Shown here: positions 1-13,000 of the stretch, piece by piece
Numbering within the stretch: the stretch's first letter is position 1
Layout of the letters: each line of letters opens with the position of its first letter
Source of the DNA: Utricularia gibba
Lineage: Eukaryota > Plantae > Magnoliophyta
Length of the DNA stretch: 24,151 nucleotides
Direction: 5' to 3'
Assembly (NCBI GenBank): GCA_002189035.1
Contig: NEEC01000464.1
Span: 1-24,151, forward strand
Notes under the pieces: model-generated
Told to the model about the DNA's origin: nothing
Databases searched by the model: none
The model's input: the letters and a program-made list of their open reading frames with translations, nothing else
Program-made: the position numbers and the translations under genes

Positions 1-3000
1 TGTGGATGAGAAAACCATTTGGGGTGCTCATGACATCCTAACTTCAATAAATGCATCACGATTTTCGTCGAATAGGACCGATTGGGCTCAGGAGTCGAAC
101 CGAACCTTGGGTCGGACGAACTTCCCAATGAAAGCACCACCACCAAAAACGACAAGCTTTTCCTTCAGAAACCATGTAGGCAGCTGCCGAAAACCCAACG
201 TTAATAAATGGATCACTTTTTTTGCCGGGCTACAAAATGACTATGGGCCCGAGACGACCTCCGGCCGATCCTGTGCCCCTCGAGAGCGCCTCCTCAAATA
301 AAAAGCTGTGGATGAGAAAACCATTTGGGGTGCTCATGACATCCTAACTTCAATAAATGCATCACGATTTTCGTCGAATAGGACCCGATTGGGCTCAGGA
401 GTCGAACCGAACCTTGGGTCCGGACGAACTTCCAATGAAAGCACCCAAAAAACGACAAGCTTTTCCTTCAGAAACATGTAGGCAGCTGCCGAAAACCCAA
501 CGTTAATAAATGGATCACTTTTTTTTCCGGGCTACAAATGACTATGGGCCGAGCCCGACCCGACCTCGGCCCGATCCTGGTGCCCCTCGAGAGCGCCTCC
601 TCAAATATAAAGCTTGTGGATGAGAAAACCATTTGGGGTGCTCATGACATCCTAACTTCAATAAATGCATCACGATTTTCGTCGAATAGGACCCGATTGG
701 GCTCAGGAGTCGAACCGAACCTTGGGTCCGGACGAACTTCCCAATGAAACACCCAAAAAAACGACAAGCTTTTTCCTTCAGAAACCATGTAGGCAGCTGC
801 CGAAAACCCAACGTTAATAAATGGATCACTTTTTTTTGCGGCTACAAATGACTATGGCCCGAGCCCGACCCGACCTCGGCCCGATCCTGTGCCCTCGAGA
901 GCGCCTCCTCAAATAAAAGCTTGTGGTTGAGAAAACCATTTGGGGTGCTCATGACATCCTAACTTCAATAAATGCATCACGATTTTCGTCGAATAGGACC
1001 CGATTGGGCTCAGGAGTCGAACGAACCTTGGGTCGGATGAACTTCCCAACGAAAGCACCCACCCAAAAACGACAAGCTTTTCCTTCAGAAACAATGTAGG
1101 CAGCTGCCGAAAACCAACGTTAATAAATGGATCACTTTTTTTGCCGGGCTACAAATGACTATGGGCCCGAGCCCGACCGACCTCCGGCCCGATCCTGGTG
1201 CCCCTCGAGAGCGCCTCCTCAAATATAAAGCTTGTGGATGAGAAAACCATTTGGGGTGCTCATGACATCCTAACTTCAATAAATGCATCACGATTTTCGT
1301 CGAATAGGACCCGATTGGGCTCAGGAGTCGAACCGAACCTTGGGTCCGGACGAACTTCCCAATGAAAGCACCAACCAAAAACGACAAGCTTTTCCTTCAG
1401 AAACCATGTAGCAGCTGCCGAAAACCCAACGTTAATAAATGGATCACTTTTTTTCCGGGCTACAAATGACTATGGGCCCGAGCCCGACCGACCTCCGCCC
1501 GATCCTGGTGCCCCTCGAGAGCGCCTCCTCAAATATAAAGCTTGTGGATGAGAAAACCATTTGGGGTGCTCATGACATCCTAACTTCAATAAATGCATCA
1601 CGATTTTCGTCGAATAGGACCCGATTGGGCTCAGGAGTCGAACCGAACCTTGGGTCCGGACGAACTTCCCAATGAAAGCACCCACCAAAAACGACAAGCT
1701 TTTCCTTCAGAAACCATGTAGGCAGCTGCCGAAAACCCAACGTTAATAAATGGATCACTTTTTTTGCCGGGCTACAAATGACTATGGGCCGAGCGACCCG
1801 ACCTCCGGCCCGATCCTGGTGCCCTCGAGAGCGCCTCCTCAAATAAAAGCTTGTGGATGAGAAAACCATTTGGGGTGCTCATGACATCCTAACTTCAATA
1901 AATGCATCACGATTTTCGTCGAATAGGACCCGATTGGGCTCAGGAGTCGAACCGAACCTTGGGTCCGGACGAACTTCCAATGAAAGCCCAACCAAAAACG
2001 ACAAGCTTTTCCTTCAGAAACCATGTAGGCAGCTGCCGAAAACCAACGTTAATAAATGGATCACTTTTTTTGCCGGGCTACAAATGACTATGGGCCGAGC
2101 CCGACCCGACCTCCGGCCGATCCTGGTGCCCCTCGAGAGCGCCTCCTCAAATATAAAGCTTGTGGATGAGAAAACCATTTGGGGTGCTCATGACATCCTA
2201 ACTTCAATAAATGCATCACGATTTTCGTCGAATAGGACCGATTGGGCTCAGGAGTCGAACCGAACCTTGGGTCCGGATGAACTTCCCAACGAAAGCACCA
2301 CCCAAAAACGACAAGCTTTTCCTTCAGAAACAATGTAGGCAGCTGCCGAAAACCCAACGTTAATAAATGGATCACTTTTTTTGCCGGGCTACAAATGACT
2401 ATGGGCCCGAGCCCGACCGACCTCCGCCCGATCCTGGTGCCCCTCGAGAGCGCCTCCTCAAATATAAAGCTTGTGGATGAGAAAACCATTTGGGGTGCTC
2501 ATGACATCCTAACTTCAATAAATGCATCACGATTTTCGTCGAATAGGACCGATTGGGCTCAGGAGTCGAACGAACCTTGGGTCCGGACGAACTTCCCAAT
2601 GAAAGCACCCACCAAAAACGACAAGCTTTTCCTTCAGAAACATGTAGGCAGCTGCCGAAAACCCAACGTTAATAAATGGATCACTTTTTTTCCGGCTACA
2701 AATGACTATGGGCCCGAGCCCGACCCGACTCCGGCCCGATCCTGGTGCCCTCGAGAGCGCCTCCTCAAATATAAAGCTTGTGGATGAGAAAACCATTTGG
2801 GGTGCTCATGACATCCTAACTTCAATAAATGCATCACGATTTTCGTCGAATAGGACCCGATTGGGCTCAGGAGTCGAACCGAACCTTGGGTCCGGACGAA
2901 CTTCCCAATGAAAGCACCAACCAAAAACGACAAGCTTTTCCTTCAGAAACCATGTAGGCAGCTGCCGAAAACCCAACGTTAATAAATGGATCACTTTTTT

Positions 3001-6000
3001 TGCCGGGCTACAAATGACTATGGGCCCGACGACCCGACCTCCGGCCGATCCTGGTGCCCCTCGAGAGCGCCTCCTCAAATAAAAAGCTTGTGAGAAAACC
3101 ATTTGGGGTGCTCATGACATCCTAACTTCAATAAATGCATCACGATTTTCGTCGAATAGGACCGATTGGGCTCAGGAGTCGAACAGAACCTTGGGTCCGG
3201 ATGAACTTCCAACGAAAGCACCCACCAAAAACGACAAGCTTTCCTTCAGAAACAATGTAGGCAGCTGCCGAAAACCAACGTTAATAAATGGATCACTTTT
3301 TTTGCCGGGCTACAAATGACTATGGGCCGAGCCCGACCGACCTCCGCCCGATCCTGGTGCCCCTCGAGAGCGCCTCCTCAAATATAAAGCTTGTGGATGA
3401 GAAAACCATTTGGGGTGCTCATGACATCCTAACTTCAATAAATGCATCACGATTTTCGTCGAATAGGACCCGATTGGGCTCAGGAGTCGAACCGAACCTT
3501 GGGTCCGGACGAACTTCCCAATGAAAGCACCAACCAAAAACGACAAGCTTTTCCTTCAGAAACCATGTAGGCAGCTGCCGAAAACCAACGTTAATAAATG
3601 GATCACTTTTTTTGCCGGGCTACAAATGACTATGGGCCGAGCGACCGACCTCCGCCCGATCCTGGTGCCCTCGAGAGCGCTCCTCAAATAAAAAGCATGT
3701 GGTTGAGAAAACCATTTGGGGTGCTCATGACATCCTAACTTCAATAAATGCATCACGATTTTCGTCGAATAGGACCCGATTGGGCTCAGGAGTCGAACGA
3801 ACCTTGGGTCCGGACGAACTTCCAATGAAAGCACCCACCAAAAACGACAAGCTTTTCCTTCAGAAACATGTAGCAGCTGCCGAAAACCCAACGTTAATAA
3901 ATGGATCACTTTTTTTCCCGGGCTACAAATGACTATGGGCCGAGCCCGACCCGACCTCCGGCCCGATCCTGGTGCCCCTCGAGAGCGCCTCCTCAAATAT
4001 AAAGCTTGTGGATGAGAAAACCATTTGGGGTGCTCATGACATCCTAACTTCAATAAATGCATCACGATTTTCGTCGAATAGGACCCGATTGGGCTCAGGA
4101 GTCGAACCGAACCTTGGGTCCGGACGAACTTCGAAAGCGACAAGCTTTTCCTTCAGAAACCATGTAGGCAAAAAGCGTTTTTTTCGACAAGCTTTTCCTT
4201 CAGAAAATGTAGGCAGCTGCCGAAAACCCAACGTTAATAAATGGATCACTTTTTTTGCCGGGCTACAAATGACTATGGGCCGAGCCCGACCCGACCTCCG
4301 GCCGATCCTGGTGCCCCTCGAGAGCGCCTCCTCAAATATAAAGCTTGTGGATGAGAAACCATTTGGGGTGCTCATGACATCCTAACTTCAATAAATGCAT
4401 CAGATTTTCGTCGAATAGGACCGATTGGGCTCAGGAGTCGAACGAACCTTGGGTCCGGACGAACTTCCAACGAAAGCACCCACCCAAAAACGACAAGCTT
4501 TTCCTTCAGAAACATGTAGGCAGCTGCCGAAAACCAACGTTAATAAATGGATCACTTTTTTGCCGGGCTACAAATGACTATGGGCCGAGCCGACCGACTC
4601 CGCCGATCCTGGTGCCCTCGAGAGCGCCTCCTCAAATATAAAGCTTGTGGATGAGAAAACCATTTGGGGTGCTCATGACATCCTAACTTCAATAAATGCA
4701 TCACGATTTTCGTCGAATAGGACCGATTGGGCTCAGGAGTCGAACGAACCTTGGGTCCGGAGAACTTCCCAATGAAAGCACCCACCAAAAACGACAAGCT
4801 TTTCTTCAGAAAAATGTAGGCAGCTGCCGAAAACCCAACGTTAATAAATGGATCACTTTTTTTCCGGGCTACAAATGACTATGGGCCCGAGCCCGACACC
4901 TCCCGGCCCGATCCTGGTGCCCTCGAGAGCGCCTCCTCAAATAAAAGCTTGTGGATGAGAAAACCATTTGGGGTGCTCATGACATCCTAACTTCAATAAA
5001 TGCATCACGATTTTCGTCGAATAGGACCCGATTGGGCTCAGGAGTCGAACAACCTTGGGTCCGGACGAACTTCCCAATGAAAGCACCCAACCAAAAAGAC
5101 AAGCTTTTCCTTCAGAAAATGTAGGCAGCTGCCGAAAACCAACGTTAATAAATGGATCACTTTTTTTGCCGGGCTACAAATGACTATGGCCGAGCGACCG
5201 ACCTCCGGCCCGATCCTGGTGCCCTCGAGAGCGCCTCCTCAAATATAAAGCTTGTGGATGAGAAAACCATTTGGGGTGCTCATGACATCCTAACTTCAAT
5301 AAATGCATCACGATTTTCGTCGAATAGGACCCGATTGGGCTCAGGAGTCGAACCGAACCTTGGGTCCGGACGAACTTCCAATGAAAGCACCCACCCAAAA
5401 ACGACAAGCTTTTCCTTCAGAAACCAGTAGGCAGCTGCCGAAAACCCAACGTTAATAAATGGATCACTTTTTTTCCGGGCTACAAATGACTATGGGCCCG
5501 AGCCGACCCGACTCCGGCCGATCCTGGTGCCCTCGAGAGCGCCTCAAATATAAAGCTTGTGGATGAGAAAACCATTTGGGGTGCTCATGACATCCTAACT
5601 TCAATAAATGCATCACGATTTTCGTCGAATAGGACCGATGGGGCTCAGGAGTCGAACCGAACCTTGGGTCCGGACGAACTTCCCAATGAAAGCACCACCC
5701 AAAAACGACAAGCTTTTCCTTCAGAAACATGTAGCAGCTGCCGAAAACCAACGTTAATAAATGGATCACTTTTTTTGCCGGGCTACAAATGACTATGGGC
5801 CCGAGCCCGACCGACCTCCGCCCGATCCTGGTGCCCTCGAGAGCGCCTCCTCAAATATAAAGCTTGTGGATGAGAAAACATTTGGGGTGCTCATGACATC
5901 CTAACTTCAATAAATGCATCACGATTTTCGTCGAATAGGACCGATTGGGCTCAGGAGTCGAACCGAACTTGGGTCCGGACGAACTTCCCAACGAAAGCAC

Positions 6001-7691
6001 CCAACCAAAAACGACAAGCTTTTCCTTCAGAAACCATGTAGGCAGCTGCCGAAACCCAACGTTAATAAATGGATCACTTTTTTTCCCGGGCTACAAATGA
6101 CTATGGGCCCGAGCCGACCCGACCTCCGGCCCGATCCTGGTGCCCCTCGAGAGCGCCTCCTCAAATAAAAAGCTTGTGGATGAGAAAACCATTTGGGGTG
6201 CTCATGACATCCTAACTTCAATAAATGCATCACGATTTTCGTCGAATAGGACCCGATTGGCTCAGGAGTCGAACGAACCTTGGGTCCGGACGAACTTCCC
6301 AATGAAAGCACCCAACCAAAAACGACAAGCTTTTCCTTCAGAAACCATGTAAGCAGCTGCCGAAAACCCAACGTTAATAAATGGATCACTTTTTTTGCCG
6401 GGCTACAAATGACTATGGGCCCGAGCCGACCGACTCCGGCCCGATCCTGGTGCCCGAGAGCGCCTCCTCAAATATAAAGCTTGTGGATGAGAAAACCATT
6501 TGGGGTGCTCATGACATCCTAACTTCAATAAATGCATCACGATTTTCGTCGAATAGGACCCGATTGGGCTCAGGAGTCGAACCGAACCTTGGGTCCGGAC
6601 GAACTTCCCAAAAAACCACCAACCAAAAACGACAAGCTTTTCCTTCAGAAAATGTAGGCAGCTGCCGAAAACCCAACGTTAATAAATGGATCACTTTTTT
6701 TCCGGGCTACAAATGACTATGGGCCCGAGCCCGACCCGACCTCCGGCCCGATCCTGGTGCCCCTCGAGAGCGCCTCCTCAAATATAAAGCTTTGGGGTGC
6801 TCATGACATCCTAACTTCAATAAATGCATCACGATTTTCGTCGAATAGGACCCGATTGGGCTCAGGAGTCGAACCGAACCTTGGGTCCGGACGAACTTCC
6901 CAATGAAAGCACCAACCAAAAACGACAAGCTTTTCCTTCAGAAACCATGTAGGCAGCTGCGAAAACCCAACGTTAATAAATGGATCACTTTTTTTGCCGG
7001 GCTACAAATGACTATGGGCCAGCCCCGACCCGACCTCCGCCCGATCCTGTGCCTCGAGAGCGCCTCCTCAAATATAAAGCTTGGTGAGAAAACCATTTGG
7101 GGTGCTCATGACATCCTAACTTCAATAAATGCATCACGATTTTCGTCGAATAGGACCGATTGGGCTCAGGAGTCGAACCGAACCTTGGGTCCGGACGAAC
7201 TTCCCAATGAAAGCACCCAACCAAAAACGACAAGCTTTTCCTTCAGAAAAAATGTAGGCAGCTGCCGAAAACCCAACGTTAATAAATGGATCACTTTTTT
7301 GCGGGCTACAAATGACTATGGGCCGAGCCCGACCCGACCTCCGCCCGATCCTGGTGCCCTCGAGAGCGCCTCCTCAAATATAAAGCTTGTGGATGAGAAA
7401 ACCATTTGGGGTGCTCATGACATCCTAACTTCAATAAATGCATCACGATTTTCGTCGAATAGGACCCGATTGGGCTCAGGAGTCGAACCGAACCTTGGGT
7501 CCGGACGAACTTCCCAATGAAAGCACCCAACCAAAAACGACAAGCTTTTCCTTCAGAAAATGTAGGCAGCTGCCGAAAAAACGTTAATAAATGGATCACT
7601 TTTTTTGCCGGGCTACAAATGACTATGGCCCGAGCGACCGACCTCCGGCCCGATCCTGTGCCCCTCGAGAGCGCCTCCTCAAATAAAAGCA

Positions 7692-7934
7692 TGTGGTTGA
7701 GAAAACCATTTGGGGTGCCCATGACATCCTAACTTCAATAAATGTCACGATTTCGTCGAATAGGACCCGATGGGCTCAGAAGTCGAACAGAACCTTGGTC
7801 CGGATGAAAGCACCGAAAAAGTGTAGGCAGCTGCCGAAAACCCAATGTAATAAATGATCACTTTTTTGCGGGCTACAAATGACTATGGTCCCGATCCTGG
7901 TGCCCCTCGAGAGCGCCTCCTCAAATATAAAGCT
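7692..7934. repeat. Truncated B-type monomer (243 bp) with three internal deletions
   Basis: It reads GGATGAAAGCACCGAAAAAGTGTAGG and GACTATGGTCCCGATCC, so segments of about 12, 27 and 23 bp are missing relative to consensus. Confidence 0.85.
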
Positions 7935-10087
7935 TGTGGATGAGAAACCATTGGGGTGCTCATGACATCCTAACTTCAAAAATGCATCGATTTTCGTCGA
8001 ATAGGACCCGATTGGGCTCAGGAGTCGAACCGAACCTTGGGTCCGGCGAACTTCCAATGAAAGCACCCAACCAAAACGACAAGCTTTTCCTTCAGAAACC
8101 ATGTAGGCAGCTGCCGAAAACCAACGTTAATAAATGGATCACTTTTTTTGCGGGCTACAAATGACTATGGGCCCGAGCCGACCCGACCTCCGGCCCGATC
8201 CTGGTGCCCCTCGAGAGCGCCTCCTCAAATAAAAAGCATGTGGTTGAGAAAACCATTTGGGGTGCTCATGACATCCTAACTTCAATAAATGCATCACGAT
8301 TTTCGTCGAATAGACCCGATTGGGCTCAGGAGTCGAACCGAACCTTGGGTCCGGACGAACTTCCCAATGAAAGCACCCAACCAAAAACGACAAGCTTTTC
8401 CTTCAGAAAATGTAGGCAGCTGCCGAAAAACCAACGTTAATAAATGGATCACTTTTTTTGCCGGGCTACAAATGACTATGGGCCCAGCCGACCCGACCTC
8501 CCCGATCCTGGTGCCCCTCGAGAGCGCCTCCTCAAATATAAAGCTTGTGGATGAGAAAACCATTTGGGTGCTCATGACATCCTAACTTCAATAAATGCAT
8601 CACGATTTTCGTCGAATAGGACCCGATTGGGCTCAGGAGTCGAACCGAACCTTGGGTCCGGACCCACCCAACCAAAAACGACAAGCTTTTCCTTCAGAAA
8701 AAATGTAGGCAGCTGCCGAAACCCAACGTTAATAAATGGATCACTTTTTTGGCCGGGCTACAAATGACTATGGGCCCGAGCCCGACCCGACCTCCAGCCC
8801 GATCCTGGTGCCCCTCGAGAGCGCCTCCTCAAATATAAAGCTTGTGGATGAGAAAACCATTTGGGGTGCTCATGACATCCTAACTTCAATAAATGCATCA
8901 CGATTTTCGTCGAATAGGACCCGATTGGGCTCAGGAGTCGAACCGAACCTTGGGTCCGGACGAACTTCCCAATGAAAGCACCCAACCAAAAACGACAAGC
9001 TTTTCCTTCAGAAACCATGTAGGCAGCTGCCGAAAACCAACGTTAATAAATGGATCACTTTTTTTGCCGGGCTACAAATGACTATGGGCCCGAGCGACCC
9101 GACTCCGGCCCGATCCTGGTGCCCCTCGAGAGCGCCTCCTCAAATAAAAAGCTGTGGTGAGAAAAACCATTTGGGGTGCCCATGACATCCTAACTTCAAT
9201 AAATGCATCACGATTTTCGTCGAATAAGACCCGATTGGGCTCAGAAGTCGAACAGAACCTTGGGTCCGGATGAACTCCCCAACGAAAGCACCCACCCAAA
9301 AACGACAAGCTTTTCCTTCAGAAAAATGTAGGCAGCTGCCGAAAACCCAATGTAATAAATGGATCACTTTTTTTCCGGGCTACAAATGACTATGGGCCCG
9401 AGCCCGACCCGACCTCCGCCGATCCTGGTGCCCTCGAGAGCGCCTCCTCAAATATAAAGCTTGTGGATGAGAAAACCATTTGGGGTGCTCATGACATCCT
9501 AACTTCAATAAATGCATCACGATTTTCGTCGAATAGGACCCGATTGGGCTCAGGAGTCGAACCGAACCTTGGGTCCGGACGAACTTCCCAATGAAAGCAC
9601 CCAACCAAAAACGACAAGCTTTTCCTTCAGAAAAATGTAGGCAGCTGCCGAAAACCCAACGTTAATAAATGGATCACTTTTTTTCCCGGGCTACAAATGA
9701 CTATGGGCCCGAGCCCGACCGACCTCCAGCCCGATCCTGGTGCCCTCGAGAGCGCCTCCTCAAATATAAAGCTTGTGGATGAGAAAACCATTGGGGTGCT
9801 CATGACATCCTAACTTCAAAAAATGCATCACGATTTTTGTCGAATAGGACCCGATTGGGCTCAGGAGTCGAACCGAACCTTGGGTCCGGACGAACTTCCC
9901 AATGAAAGCACCCAACCAAAACGACAAGCTTTTCCTTCAGAAACCATGTAGGCAGCTGCCGAAAACCCAACGTTAATAAATGGATCACTTTTTTTGCCGG
10001 GCTACAAATGACTATGGGCCCGAGCCCGACCCGACCTCCGGCCCGATCCTGGTGCCCCTCGAGAGCGCCTCCTCAAATAAAAAAGCA

Positions 10088-13000
10088 TGTGGTTGAGAAA
10101 ACCATTTGGGGTGCCATGACATCCTAACTTCAATAAATGCATCACGATTTTCGTCGAATAGACCCGATTGGGCTCAGAAGTCGAACCGAACCTTGGGTCC
10201 GGATGAACTTCCCAACGAAAGCACCCACCAAAAACGACAAGCTTTTCCTTCAGAAAAATGTAGGCAGCTGCCGAAAACCCAACGTAATAAATGGATCACT
10301 TTTTTTGCCGGGCTACAAATGACTATGGGCCCGAGCCCGACCCGACCTCCGGCCCGATCCTGTGCCCCTCGAGAGCGCCTCCTCAAATAAAAGCATTGTG
10401 GTTGAGAAAACCATTTGGGGTGCTCATGACATCCTAACTTCAATAAATGCATCACGATTTTCGTCGAATAGGACCCGATTGGGCTCAGGAGTCGAACCGA
10501 ACCTTGGGTCCGGACGAACTTCCCAATGAAACCAACCAAAAAACGACAAGCTTTTCCTTCAGAAAAATGTAGGCAGCTGCCGAAAACCCAACGTTAATAA
10601 ATGGATCACTTTTTTGCCGGGCTACAAATGACTATGGGCCCGAGCCCGACCCGACCTCCCCGATCCTGGTGCCCTCGAGAGCGCCTCTCAAATATAAAGC
10701 TTGTGGATGAGAAAACATTTGGGGTGCTCATGACATCCTAACTTCAATAAATGCATCACGATTTTCGTCGAATAGGACCGATTGGGCTCAGGAGTCGAAC
10801 CGAACCTTGGGTCCGGACGAACTTCCCAATGAAACCACCCAACCAAAAACGACAAGCTTTTCCTTCAGAAAAAATGTAGGCAGCTGCCGAAAACCCAACG
10901 TTAATAAATGGATCACTTTTTTTCCGGGCTACAAATGACTATGGGCCGAGCCCGACCCGACCTCCAGCCCGATCCTGGTGCCCTCGAGAGCGCCTCCTCA
11001 AATATAAAGCTTGTGGATGAGAAAACCATTTGGGGTGCTCATGACATCCTAACTTCAATAAATGCATCACGATTTTCGTCGAATAGGACCCGATTGGCTC
11101 AGGAGTCGAACCGAACCTTGGGTCCGGACGAACTTCCCAATGAAAGCACCCAACCAAAAACGACAAGCTTTTCCTTCAGAAACCATGTAGGCAGCTGCCG
11201 AAAACCAACGTTAATAAATGGATCACTTTTTTTGCCGGGCTACAAATGACTATGGGCCCGAGCGACCCGACCTCCGGCCCGATCCTGTGCCCCTCGAGAG
11301 CGCCTCCTCAAATAAAAAGCATGTGGTTGAGAAAACCATTTGGGGTGCCATGACATCCTAACTTCAATAATGCATCACGATTTTCGTCGAATAAGACCGA
11401 TTGGGCTCAGAAGTCGAACAGAACCTTGGGTCCGGATGAACATCCCAACGAAAGCACCCACCAAAAACGACAAGCTTTTCCTTCAGAAAAAGTGTAGGCA
11501 GCTGCCGAAAACCCAATGTAATAAATGGATCACTTTTTTTGCCGGGCTACAAATGACTATGGGCCCGAGCCCGACCCGACCTCCAGCCCGATCTGGTGCC
11601 CCTCGAGAGCGCCTCCTCAAATATAAAGCTTGTGGATGAGAAAACCATTTGGGGTGCTCATGACATCCTAACTTCAAAAAATGCATCACGATTTTCGTCG
11701 AATAGGACCCGATTGGGCTCAGAGTCGAACCGAACCTTGGGTCCGGACGAACTTCCAATGAAAGCACCCAACCAAAAACGACAAGCTTTTCCTTCAGAAC
11801 CATGTAGCAGCTGCCGAAAACCCAACGTTAATAAATGGATCACTTTTTTTTCCCGGGCTACAAATGACTATGGGCCCGAGCCCGACCCGACCTCCGGCCC
11901 GATCCTGGTGCCCTCGAGAGCGCTCCTCAAATATAAAGCTTGTGGATGAGAAAACCATTGGGGTGCTCATGACATCCTAACTTCAATAAATGCATCACGA
12001 TTTTCGTCGAATAGGACCCGATTGGGCTCAGGAGTCGAACCGAACCTTGGGTCCGGACGAACTTCCCAATGAAAGCACCCAACCAAAAACGACAAGCTTT
12101 TCCTTCAGAAACCATGTAGGCAGCTGCCGAAAACCCAACGTTAATAAATGGATCACTTTTTTTGCGGGCTACAAATGACTATGGGCCCGAGCCCGACCCG
12201 ACCTCCGGCCCGATCCTGGTGCCCTCGAGAGCGCCTCCTCAAATAAAAAGCATGTGGTTGAGAAAACCATTTGGGGTGCTCATGACATCCTAACTTCAAT
12301 AAATGCATCACGATTTTCGTCGAATAGGACCCGATTGGGCTCAGGAGTCGAACCGAACCTTGGGTCCGGCGAACTTCCCAATGAAAGCACCCAACCAAAA
12401 CGACAAGCTTTTCCTTCAGAAACCATGTAGGCAGCTGCCGAAAACCCAACGTTAATAAATGGATCACTTTTTTTGCGGGCTACAAATGACTATGGGCCCG
12501 AGCCCGACCCGACCTCCGGCCGATCCTGGTGCCCTCGAGAGCGCCTCCTCAAATAAAAGCTGTGGTTGAGAAAACCATTTGGGTGCTCATGACATCCTAC
12601 TTCAATAAATGCATCACGATTTTCGTCGAATAGACCCGATTGGGCTCAGAAGTCGAACAGAACCTTGGGTCCGGATGAATTCCCAACGAAAGCACCCACC
12701 AAAAACGACAAGCTTTTCCTTCAGAAAAATGTAGGCAGCTGCCGAAAACCCAACGTTAATAAATGGATCACTTTTTTTGCCGGGCTACAAATGACTATGG
12801 GCCCGAGCCCGACCCGACCTCCGGCCCGATCCTGTGCCCCTCGAGAGCGCCTCCTCAAATAAAAAAAGCTTGGTTGAGAAAACCATTTGGGGTGCTCATG
12901 ACATCCTAACTTCAATAAATGCATCACGATTTTCGTCGAATAGGACCCGATTGGGCTCAGGAGTCGAACGAACCTTGGGTCCGGACGAACTTCCCAATGA

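Noticed and set aside
6903-7520. Longest ORF (205 aa)
   Set aside because: It is a chance read-through of two monomers made possible by local indels, and neighbouring copies do not keep it.
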